A stretch of 21,344 bases of DNA from positions 1 to 21,344 of the forward strand of contig JBHHVD010000058.1 of assembly GCA_046754105.1 (NCBI GenBank), given 5' to 3'. A program made the position numbers and the translations under genes. This stretch comes from Candidatus Krumholzibacteriia bacterium (GTDB lineage Bacteria; Krumholzibacteriota; Krumholzibacteriia; WVZY01). This document shows, one piece after another, positions 1 through 8,700 of this stretch. Position 1 is the first letter of the stretch. Every line of letters starts with the position of its first letter. Below the pieces are notes generated by a model that ran no database searches, had not been told where the DNA came from, and was given only the letters and a program-made list of their open reading frames with translations.

Positions 1-2394
1 CGCCACCCACGCCCGCCCCAACCCGCCGGGATAGAGCGTGTGGACGACCAGCCGCCCGTCGGGCAGCGTCGCCACCACTTCGTCGTAGCCGTCTTCGTTG
101 AGGTCACCCAGGGCGGGACCCGACGCCGGGGGAAAAATGCGGCGCAGCCCGCCGGTCGGCACGAACGTCAATGTCTCGACCGCCTGCCCGAAACCGGATA
201 GCGTAATGCCGTACACGCCCCGCACCGTGTCGGCCCAGGCGGCGGCGATACCCGACACGCCAAGCCGCTCCACCCGCCCGTAGGCGAGCGGCGCGCAGAA
301 CTGGGCCTGGATGCGGAGGGGCAGCAGGGAGGTCACGGTCGGCGTCACTACGAGACCCTGGTCGTCGATGAATTCCACGAAGATGGAATCGCCTACGTTC
401 TCGACGATGGCAATTTCGTTTCGCGCGGTACCGGCCACGTCGACGAGCATCGGCGGTGCCGCCAGGGGTGCGCCCCGGTACAGGACCCCGTTGGTGGACG
501 GGTTGCCGTCGCCGTCGAAGACCTCGCTGCTGTCCCCCTTCCACGCGTACACCGTGCCGTCCACGCTGCAGGCTACGATCTCCTCGTCGCCCCCGCCGTC
601 GATGTCTCCGAAGGCCGGGGCACCGCGCCACACCGCACCCGGCACCGTGAAATAGGGCTCGATCGTCGCCGGGTCGGCGTCCTTGTCGATAAACTCGGAG
701 CCGTCGGGGCGAAACGCGTACACGCGCCCCGAATCGGCGAAGGCAACGATCTCGGTATCACCGGCGCCGTCGAGATCGAACGCCGTCGGTGGCTGCTGGG
801 AACCCCCGTCCGCCCAGCGCACGCGCACGTCCGCGTACGGTCTCGTGAAGGCAACCGTACACGTCATAAACGAGTCCGCCGCCGAGATGTCCGTGATGCT
901 GACATCGGTGCGGGCACCGGAGTTCGCGGTCGAGGAGGGGTTGGAACCGGGGCCGAAGACCGTATTGTTGCCCGCGCGAAAACTGTCGAAATGGCTGCCG
1001 AACGAAAAACTGCTGCCCGCGATATCCAGGTCAGGCACGCCGTCGGCCTCCTCAAGGTCAACCCCTTTGCGCGATACGAAATCGTCCGGCAGAAAACCGG
1101 CGTCCATGTTTGCGCGAATGACGTTTTCGTCCACGTGCCACACGTAGATACCCGACCCGGTAAGCACGAAACGCCTCGTGCGACCGCCGAGATTTGGGTC
1201 CGGTCTGACCTCGAAGGGGTTGGTAAGATCCGTCAGAAAGAAATCGAACTCCGCACCCCCGAGCGAGTCCGCGCTGTCCGGGGTGAGATTGCTGTCGAAA
1301 TCCGAAAAGGTAAAAAGGCTGTCGAAGTTCGTGTCGTGCACCCGGTTCACCACGAGAAAGTACTCGCTCTCGGTGATCGGGATCTTCAGGCACGCCGTGT
1401 CGAACGGGGCGGGGTTGTTGATATCGCGCAGCCGGAACTGGCCCCCGGCGTCGACGACCAGTGGATCCAGCCACCCGGCCAGGACGCGGTTGAACGCGCT
1501 GGGAAACCCCGGGACGAACCCCGAGGCGTTGAACAGACCGTTACTCATCAAATCGAAGTCTCCCACGCCGCGCGAATCGGGGAAGCCCGCCGGCTCCGAA
1601 TCGAAGAGCGGCAGCATGCCCAGCCGGGAGCCGGTGATGAAGGCCCAGATGCCCAGCGAGCCCAAGGGGCCCACGACGGTCTGATCCTGGCTGGGGCTGG
1701 CCGGTACGACCATGAAGTTGTCGACCAGGAACGGCTGCCCGCCGAGGCTGTCCGCCGTGGGCAGACCGAATACCGTGCTGTCGGTGAACGCCGCGTCGAT
1801 ATCGCCCTGATCCATGAAGACGGAGAAGATCTGTTCGCTGGAGTTGCCGAGGACGTCGGTCTCTCCTCCCGGCCCCGCGTGGATCAGCATGAACGAGTCG
1901 TAGAGCGAAAAGTCCTCGTCCGCATCGGCTGAGTCGATCAACGACTCCATCATCTCGACGACGCGCGTATCCTGCAGCGCGTCATTCCCGTAGTAACCCA
2001 TGTTCCGCGGCAGCGTGTAGAGCCTGGGCGTCACCCGCCAGGAAAGCGTAAAATTCCGGCGTGACGCGCCGTCGAAGTATTGCTCGAGGTGTTTTAGCTC
2101 GTTGGCGAAATAGGTGGAGTCGCGCACCTCGTTGCGCAGGCTCCCCGGCTGCCCGCCCATGAGGCTGTCGGCGAACTGAACCTGGATGGCGAGAACGCGC
2201 AGCGTCGAGATCGCACGAACCTGGTGCTGCAGGTAGTTGCGGACCGCGGCCTTCTGGTAGACGTTTAGCCCGCCCCGCATGCCGGGCGGCCCGCTGCCGC
2301 GCTCCTGCGACGGATAGGGGGGCACGACGGTCCCGAACCCGTCGACGGCAAAAGCGAGAACACACAGAACAACTAGAGAACGAATGAATCGCAC
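1..2394 (-). CDS. Secreted M6 (immune inhibitor A)-like metalloprotease-fold protein with FG-GAP repeats; partial, runs off the left edge; zinc motif degenerate
   Basis: Missing from the ORF track because it has no stop in the window. Translated by hand from GTG at 2394: signal-like VRFIRSLVVLCVLAFAVDG, then LRVLAIQVQFAD, DFSLYDSFMLIHAGPG, VGDFDLMSNG, AFNRVLAGW and EYFLVVNR (M6-type motifs). FG-GAP-like repeats follow: FDLDGAGDTEIV, FGDIDGGGDEEIV, LGDLNEDGYDEVV. There is an in-frame upstream stop at 2431-2433. Confidence 0.85.
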   Translation of the reverse strand, partial: MRFIRSLVVLCVLAFAVDGFGTVVPPYPSQERGSGPPGMRGGLNVYQKAAVRNYLQHQVRAISTLRVLAIQVQFADSLMGGQPGSLRNEVRDSTYFANELKHLEQYFDGASRRNFTLSWRVTPRLYTLPRNMGYYGNDALQDTRVVEMMESLIDSADADEDFSLYDSFMLIHAGPGGETDVLGNSSEQIFSVFMDQGDIDAAFTDSTVFGLPTADSLGGQPFLVDNFMVVPASPSQDQTVVGPLGSLGIWAFITGSRLGMLPLFDSEPAGFPDSRGVGDFDLMSNGLFNASGFVPGFPSAFNRVLAGWLDPLVVDAGGQFRLRDINNPAPFDTACLKIPITESEYFLVVNRVHDTNFDSLFTFSDFDSNLTPDSADSLGGAEFDFFLTDLTNPFEVRPDPNLGGRTRRFVLTGSGIYVWHVDENVIRANMDAGFLPDDFVSRKGVDLEEADGVPDLDIAGSSFSFGSHFDSFRAGNNTVFGPGSNPSSTANSGARTDVSITDISAADSFMTCTVAFTRPYADVRVRWADGGSQQPPTAFDLDGAGDTEIVAFADSGRVYAFRPDGSEFIDKDADPATIEPYFTVPGAVWRGAPAFGDIDGGGDEEIVACSVDGTVYAWKGDSSEVFDGDGNPSTNGVLYRGAPLAAPPMLVDVAGTARNEIAIVENVGDSIFVEFIDDQGLVVTPTVTSLLPLRIQAQFCAPLAYGRVERLGVSGIAAAWADTVRGVYGITLSGFGQAVETLTFVPTGGLRRIFPPASGPALGDLNEDGYDEVVATLPDGRLVVHTLYPGGLGRAWVA

Positions 2395-2458
2395 GGACTT
2401 TTCTTTCTTGGGGAAAATGAGCGGTTGACGTTATCACAGGGGACGGACAGAGAGCAAT

Positions 2459-2529
2459 AGCAAAGGGGAGCTGGTCTCAGTAAATGCCGCCCCTGATCGG
2501 CAATTACTTCAACTCAACTCCCCCTTACC
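2459..2529 (-). terminator. Long hairpin with U-rich 3' flank downstream of the DUF4384-like gene; terminator or attenuator candidate
   Basis: On the minus strand GGUAAGGGGGAGUUG (2515-2529) pairs with CAGCUCCCCUUUGCU (2459-2473), using G-U pairs that work only on this strand. Inner stem AGUAAUUGCCG/CGGCAUUUACU. Confidence 0.5.
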
Positions 2530-2631
2530 TGGTCGGCATTGAATCCAGCCTGCTTCGTGCGCCCGCGGTCAGCGAGCACTTGCTCCCAGCCAACCATTAC
2601 CCTCTCTCAGCAACGATGGGGGGTAAACTCT

Positions 2632-3933
2632 CTAGCGTTTCCCACGCTTCGACGCCTTGCCGCCACCCGAACGAGACTTGGCGGCAGAGACTTTCTTTGC
2701 ACGGGAACTCTTTTTCGCTTTCGATTCTCCCTTCACGCGTACACTCTTCTTGCCGCCTTTCTTGACGACCTTCTGCACGCGCTTACCGCTCTTCATACCC
2801 TTTTTCTTCTTGTCGAGCTTTGCTGCGCTGCGCTCCCGGTCCTTGAGCTGCCGGCGCATCGCGGAGATCCGACTCTTGCCTTTCACGAAGGACTTCTTGC
2901 TCGAGCGCACGATCTTTCGTGAGCCGTCCGTTCTCGACTTCCCCACTTTCTTGTGAACCTGCCGCGCCTTGTAATCGTCGCGGGCGGCGCTCCTCGAGCG
3001 CTTTTTCACGTCGTGCTTCCGGGCCTCGTAGTGGCTTTTCCTCCGTGTGTCCTTCCCGGACCGGAATTCCTTTCTCCGCGTGTGCTTTCGGGTTTTGTAA
3101 CGCGCTTCGTGCTCGTGCCGCTCGCGCTCCCCGTGACGCGCGATCCGTGTGTACTGCGACACCCGGTGCTTGAGCTTGTACTTGGGGTGCAGCACCTGGT
3201 GTGGCGCCCGCGCGTGAAGGTTGTAGTACCGGCACACCGCGCTGTTCCCGCGGCCGCCGTAGTAATCGTTCCAGCCGACATATAGATACCTCGGGTAGCG
3301 CACGTACTCCCGCATGTAGAAACGGGCATGGCCGATACCGATCAGACCCCGGTCGCAACCGCCGGCAATGAGACTCAGGTAGAAACTCTTCGACGCGACG
3401 TAGGGATCGCCCCATATCTGGAATCCAAGTCCGCGGCCGAAGACGCCCGCGCCGTAGTAACTGTAGTCAAAGGGAATCGGGCTCGACACCGCGAAGGCGT
3501 AGGCGACCCCGCGGTCGAACGCGTCCGCGTAGAAGCCGAACTCGCCCAGGTGGATCTTGTAGACCCGCCCGCCGCGAACGAAGGCCCTGTCGCCGATCGA
3601 GTACGGGTGAACCACGTGGATGTAGCCTCCCGTGTCGACCACGTACACCGTCGCATAGCAACTGCGCGACGCCCGGAAGTACAGCACGATGTCATTCGCC
3701 GATGGATAGACATCGTACTCGTCATAGCCGTCGTGTTCGCCGTAGTCATCATCGTCGTCGTAATACTCGCCGTCATGCCCTTGCCGGTCCAGCCACACCT
3801 GGATATCCGCCGGCGACGACGTGTACGCGAAACTGACCCTCACGCCCGCGTTCGCGGGGGTCACCAGCATCGGGGACACCACCAGCGCCCCAATGACCAG
3901 TGTGAAAATCAATGCATTAGCTGTTCTTCTCAT
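2632..3933 (-). CDS. Exported DUF4384-like domain protein with an acidic patch and a long Lys/Arg-rich C-terminal tail (433 aa)
   Basis: Start reassigned to ATG 3933 (GGAGG at 3943-3947; ATGA overlap with the upstream stop). Signal peptide MRRTANALIFTLVIGALVVSPMLVTPANA. DIVLYFRASRSCYATVYVVDTGGYIHVVHPY resembles DUF4384. Confidence 0.75.
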   Translation of the reverse strand: MRRTANALIFTLVIGALVVSPMLVTPANAGVRVSFAYTSSPADIQVWLDRQGHDGEYYDDDDDYGEHDGYDEYDVYPSANDIVLYFRASRSCYATVYVVDTGGYIHVVHPYSIGDRAFVRGGRVYKIHLGEFGFYADAFDRGVAYAFAVSSPIPFDYSYYGAGVFGRGLGFQIWGDPYVASKSFYLSLIAGGCDRGLIGIGHARFYMREYVRYPRYLYVGWNDYYGGRGNSAVCRYYNLHARAPHQVLHPKYKLKHRVSQYTRIARHGERERHEHEARYKTRKHTRRKEFRSGKDTRRKSHYEARKHDVKKRSRSAARDDYKARQVHKKVGKSRTDGSRKIVRSSKKSFVKGKSRISAMRRQLKDRERSAAKLDKKKKGMKSGKRVQKVVKKGGKKSVRVKGESKAKKSSRAKKVSAAKSRSGGGKASKRGKR

Positions 3934-4787
3934 CGCGACGCACCTCCTGTTCCAGGGGTCAGTTCGGGGTTGCCGGGATCTATCTGGTAGGCCCAGTCGA
4001 GCGTGACGGAATTGGCGGAGACCACAACAACGTTTATCTTCGCCATATTCCATGAGCCGCCCTGAGCGATACGGACGATGTAGCTGTGACCCTGGATGAG
4101 CTCTACCCGCCCCTGGGCCGACCAACCGGCAAGGGGCGCCCAATCCACGTCGACCAGATCAATCAAACCGTAATCCTGAATATCCACTCCACCGGCCTGG
4201 TTGGCGATGAGGTTGAACTCTCCGGGGTTCGGCGAGTCGAAGTACACGTCGGTGCCCGGATCGCTCCAAGCCTGAGGGATACCACTCAACAATGAAAAGT
4301 CGTACCCACTCAGGCTTGGGTTTTGCCCCACAGCACTAAGGACCAGGTTCGCCCCCTCGGGACGAGGCGTATCGAAAACGTCTTCAAAACTCAGTTCGCT
4401 GTCCAGACCCGCACGGTCGAAAGCAGCCACCGCGTAGTAGTAGGTTGTGCCGTTTGTCACGTCGGTATCGACGAAGCAGGTCTGATTGGCCCCGACGCTG
4501 CCGATGAACTCGAACGCTCCGGTCGGGGCGCTGTTCCAGTAGATGTCGTAGCCCGCGATGTCGCCTTCGGGATTTGCGTTCCAGCAAATGGTCACCTGGC
4601 CGTCGCCGGTCACGCTGAAGACACCGTCCGGCGCGCTCGGTGGAAAATCCACGACAACCGGATCATCGTCGCCGCAACCCACCGCCACCAGCGTCAGCAG
4701 AAACAACCCAAGGGCCAGGATCCCGATATAGGCGAGACCGGTTTTGCCGCTGGTTTTGTGCTTCCATATGCGGAGTGCGTTTCTCAT
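3930..4787 (-). CDS. Lipoprotein with a fibronectin type III domain
   Basis: Basic N-region, hydrophobic stretch and lipobox VAVG-C. FN3 pattern VTICWNAN..DIAGYDIY..VTNGTTYYYAVAAFD. ATG 4787 is preferred over 4796 because the sigma54 promoter places +1 near 4793. Confidence 0.8.
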   Translation of the reverse strand: MRNALRIWKHKTSGKTGLAYIGILALGLFLLTLVAVGCGDDDPVVVDFPPSAPDGVFSVTGDGQVTICWNANPEGDIAGYDIYWNSAPTGAFEFIGSVGANQTCFVDTDVTNGTTYYYAVAAFDRAGLDSELSFEDVFDTPRPEGANLVLSAVGQNPSLSGYDFSLLSGIPQAWSDPGTDVYFDSPNPGEFNLIANQAGGVDIQDYGLIDLVDVDWAPLAGWSAQGRVELIQGHSYIVRIAQGGSWNMAKINVVVVSANSVTLDWAYQIDPGNPELTPGTGGASR

Positions 4788-4804
4788 CTCGCCCATTCCC
4801 TAGC

Positions 4805-4819
4805 GCAAGCTATGTGCCA
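4805..4819 (-). promoter_or_regulatory. sigma54 (-24/-12) promoter of the lipoprotein / DUF4384 operon
   Basis: Minus strand TGGCAC-ATAGC-TTGC is an exact TGGCAC-N5-TTGC consensus, directly upstream of the CDS. Confidence 0.8.
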
Positions 4820-4863
4820 GGCTGCAGCAATCCCACCACCCGGCGCGGTCCTGGCCGAACAAC

Positions 4864-4876
4864 TAACTAATTGACA
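4864..4876. promoter_or_regulatory. IHF-like binding site
   Basis: TAACTAATTGACA matches YAANNNNTTGATW with one mismatch. It lies ~45-57 bp upstream of the -24 box, a typical position at sigma54 promoters. Confidence 0.5.
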
Positions 4877-5285
4877 ATAGGTTAAAGAGGATCGACACGG
4901 TGGCACAGCGCCCCGGACGGTGTGATTTCGAGCCCGACAGGCCCCTCTATTCGTGTGCCTGGGACGACAACTGTCCTAAAAACAGGACGCACAAGAATCG
5001 CGTCACGTTCACGCGCGCGGGAGGTACCGGGTGGGCTCTTCACCGACAGTTCCCGGGACGGCTTCTGCTTCGACCGGCGTGTCGGAAGACGGGCCAAAGA
5101 GGGGGGGGGGTCGGCCCATTCGCGGGAATGAGCGAGGATCATACGCCGAAGGCGGATAGCCCGGCGAAACGGAGCGTGGGCCGGAATCCCCTTCGGCCCG
5201 GTGCCCGGCTGTTCCCGGCCGGTCTCATTGACGGGCCTCTCACCAACGGGCACTGCGGTAACCGGGCGGCGGCACGAGCGGGCAC

Positions 5286-5548
5286 AAAAAAGCTGACGTT
5301 CACATCTCCGTTAGAGTTAAAGTCGAGACCCCACCTCTCGAAATTAACGTTACTCCGCAAAGCCAGCAGCTATGCATTGGAGATATGTGAACGTCAGCTT
5401 CTTCGGACCTTTCGGTCACAAAACTGCTGGAGAGAAGTAGCTCGTCTTCTCTCCGCTTCGAGTCCAGGGTGGGATTCTTGGGGAGCGATCCCCAAGAATC
5501 CGTTCCCCCACCAGATGGAAGTTCCTTTCGCACGGGATGACTTCCGTG
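5286..5548 (-). ncRNA. Putative sigma54-dependent structured small RNA (~260 nt), family not recognised
   Basis: Has its own sigma54 promoter at 5560-5574. Consecutive stems: 5531-5548, a perfect 13-bp stem at 5472-5501, a perfect 9-bp stem at 5429-5454, GACC-GAAA-GGUC at 5406-5417, and a perfect 16-bp stem (5385-5400 / 5290-5305) closing a two-hairpin junction and ending in a U6 tract. Confidence 0.75.
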
Positions 5549-5559
5549 TCATCTACATG

Positions 5560-5574
5560 GCAATCGGCGTGCCA
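5560..5574 (-). promoter_or_regulatory. sigma54 (-24/-12) promoter of the putative sRNA
   Basis: Minus strand TGGCACG-CCGA-TTGC is an exact consensus. Predicted +1 near 5548 coincides with the start of the first hairpin. Confidence 0.82.
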
Positions 5575-5758
5575 GCAGCGGCCTTCACCCCCAAAAACGC
5601 GGGAATGCGTATCACGATAAACCACAGATAGTTACAATGACTTGCGCCGCGCCGCAACCGGGCCATTTCGGCGTTTTTCGGGGGAGATTAAAGAAGCTTG
5701 ATAGCGCGCCCCGGCCGGGACGGTACAAACAGCAGTGAGCGAACGAGTTAGTGGGAGG

Positions 5759-5782
5759 TAAAGATCTTTATAAAAACTTTTA
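5759..5782. promoter_or_regulatory. Tandem 12-bp palindromes; candidate upstream activating sequence for an EBP
   Basis: TAAAGATCTTTA (perfect) abuts TAAAAACTTTTA (5-bp arms). AT-rich in a GC-rich context, ~210 bp upstream of the sRNA +1. Confidence 0.45.
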
Positions 5783-8700
5783 ATAACAGCGCAGGTTATA
5801 ACGCTTGATCTTGGAGAGCAGGCTGGGATAACTGATGCCCAGTTCGGTCGCCGCCTGTGATTTGTTCCAACCGCTTCTCTCGAGCGCGGCCTTGATCTCT
5901 CTTTTCTCCAGCTGACCGATCTGGTCGCGGAGGTTGCGGGTCCTCGACATGCCATCGCCGTTACCCGACGGCGACACCACCTCGGCCGGCAGGTGCCGCA
6001 GTTCGAGCGTCTCGCCGTCGTCGGCCAGAATGACCGCCCTTTTCACGACCTTTTCCAGCTCGCGCACGTTGCCCGCCCAGTGAAAGTCCTTGAGGAGCTC
6101 GAGCGCCTCGTCGGTGATATCGGAAATGTCCTTGCCCATCTCCCGCGAGTACTTGCGCAGGTAGTGGAAGAACAGCAGCTCCACGTCCTCGCGGCGCCTG
6201 CGAAGTGGGGGCACGGTGAGCGGGAAATCGTTGATGCGGTAGAAGAAATCCTCCAGGAACCGCCCCTCGTTACACAGGCCCAACAGGTCCGCCTTGGACG
6301 CGCAGATGACCCGCACGTTGACCGGCATCAGCTCGTTGGAGCCGACCTTTCTGACCTTGCCCGTATCCAGGAATTGGAGCAGCTTGCCCTGCATGGCGAG
6401 CGTGGTCTTGCCGATCTCGTCGAGAAAGATGGTCCCGCCGTCCGCCTGGCGCAGAAGTCCGTTCTTGTCCGCGGTCGCCCCCGTGAACGACCCCTTGACG
6501 TGACCGAACAGTTCCGATTCCAACAGCGATTCCGGCATCGCCGCGCAGTTGATATGGACAAACGATTTCTCACGCCGCTCGCTCAGGAGGTGAACGGCGT
6601 AGGCGATAAGACCCTTGCCGGTACCGGTCTCCCCTTGCAGCAGCACCGTGGCGTTGGAATGCGCCACCCGCTCCGCCAGGTTGAGCAATTTGATCATCTC
6701 GTTGTTCTCTGTGACGATGCTCTCGAAGCCGCTCGCCGACGGCTTGGTCCTTGGCTCGCGGCGGCGCTCGTTACGGACGAGTTCGTAGACCGACAGCGAA
6801 ATGAGACGCGAATACGCTCCTACGAAGTGCAGGACTTCCTGGCCGATGGGTACGCGGTGCGCGCCCGGCTCCTGGTTGATGAACACCACACCCAACGCGT
6901 CGTTCTCGAAACCGAGTTCCTGGAACAACATCCGCCCCAGCGAGATGTCCATCGAATCGGGCAGCCCGTTCGGCGCACCCTGTTCCGCGTCCCGGATTAC
7001 CAGGTGGTGATCGTGGCCGGTTTCGCCCTGGGCGGCGTGCCAGGCAAGGATCGCCTTTGCGTCCCGTGCGCTCAGGTTCTCACGGCACACCAATTCGAAT
7101 CCCTTGCCGCGGCCTTTGGGGATCGCGACGAATCCGTTTTGCGCGTTGGATTTTCCGATGATCAGTTTGAGCGAGGAGTTCAACCCGGCCACCAGCTTGT
7201 CACGCGAGCGCAGACCGCTTTGCGCGTTGCCGAACATCGGGATCTGGTCGAGGACGCGGTGTGTATCACGCGTCATCTTCGCTTCCACGCGCTCGCGCAT
7301 GGCCGGCAGTAGTTTCTGAAACTTTGCGTTTCGCTCTTCCTCGGCCAGCCGCCCCGCCTCATAGATCGAGAGCAGCGCGTCGTCGAGATTGCCAAGACGC
7401 TCTTCGACGACAGCAAGGAGAACCTGGGAGAGCATCTGTTCTTCGGATTCCTCGATCTTGCCGAAACCAACGATCGAGTCGGTCAGCAGCTGCTTGGCCT
7501 TGATCAGCGTTTCCTGGTCCCGGCTGCGCAGAAAAAACCGTCCCAAACGGCGCTGCGAGCAGAATTTCTCGTACTCGTTGCCGTACTGCTCGAACATGTC
7601 GACACTGGTCTTGAGGCTCACGGCCGCCGCGTCGAATTGCATGCGGCGTCTCTGGCACAGCCCCCGCGCCCTGTAGAAGTAGCCCATCTCGTAGAACTCG
7701 CCACAGCCGTTCGCGATCTCGAGACCTTCATCCACAAACGACAGCGCCTTGTCCACGGCGCCCAGGGCCAAATGGGTGTCGGCCACCCGGCGAAGGATTT
7801 CCGCCGTGATGTCGCCTTCGGGCGCGATCCGGCGCGCGCGGCGGAGGCCCTTGTTCAGGTTGACCATGGCCTCTTGCGGCTTACCCAGCGCCAGCATCAA
7901 CTCGCCGAGGTACTCGTCGGCCAGCGCTGCTTCACGCTCGTACCCCAGCTCGTTGGCCATCGCCTGGCCGCGAAGGATGTACTTTTCGGCCTTGCAGAAA
8001 TCACCGCAGGCGACGTAGGTCCGGCCCTGCATGAGGACCGCCTTGGCGAGCTTCGACTGGTCGCCGAAGCGCTCCGCCATACCACCCGCATTCGAGAAGG
8101 ACGTCAGTGCTTCGCTGAAACGGCGTAATTTCGCGTACACCACACCGAGGTTGAGTTGAACCCGGATGAGGTGTTGCGTATGTCCCAGCGACTTCGCGAG
8201 ATCGAGCGATTTCGACAGCGAGGCCAGAGACCGGTTCCAGCGGCACGCGTTCTTGTGCAGCAGCCCGAGGTTATTATAGACGATTGCGATTCCGAGCCGA
8301 TCCTCGATACGCCGGTAGGTGGAGAGCGCGTCCATGAAAAAGTCTTCGGCTTCGCTGGCGAGGCCGATACGGTGGTAACAGTTGGCGAGGAGCTTCTGGA
8401 TATCTCCGACTTCCTTGTGCTCGGTGGACCTTTTGAGCCGGCGGTACGCGCTGAAACCCAGTTTCAGGGCGTCGTTGTAGCTGCCCCGGGCCAACAGGCT
8501 CTCCGCTTCCCTCAGCTCTATCTTGCCGAGCGCCTCCGCCGGGGCGGGGTCATCGAGCAGCGCTCGTGCACGGTCGAGGAACTTCTGGGCCTGTTTGAAG
8601 TTCCCCTTGTTCCGGTAGCAGTCACCGATGTGGAGGAGGATCCGGTAGCGATCCGGGAAGTCGTTGATGTCCGGAGACTCTAACGCCTCCTGGAAGTACT

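Noticed and set aside
2597..2615. GCUGAGA as a TPP riboswitch signature
   Set aside because: The other TPP elements (CUGAU, GCGnAGGGA) are not present in the right order on that strand.
3934..4143. N-terminal extension of the 503-aa ORF in the track
   Set aside because: It overlaps the lipoprotein gene. RBS, signal peptide and ATGA coupling indicate the start at 3933.
5307..5315. 9-nt match between the sRNA (UCUAACGGA) and the 9264-9272 repeat arm at the peptide promoter
   Set aside because: Short, and the complementary stretch lies mostly upstream of the predicted TSS; probably chance.
5395..5417. AGGUCCGAAGAAGCUG resembles the SRP RNA helix-8 motif
   Set aside because: It lacks the CAGG-stem-GNRA-stem-AGCAG geometry and the long SRP helix.
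5286..5548. Several GGA triplets suggesting a CsrA/RsmA-titrating RNA
   Set aside because: Most GGA motifs lie in stems rather than hairpin loops, so this is not supported, though not excluded.
4900..5631. 243-aa plus-strand ORF and the short minus-strand ORFs 5139-5360, 5300-5533 and 5416-5625
   Set aside because: No recognisable domain or RBS. The region is better explained by a sigma54 promoter plus a structured RNA on the minus strand.
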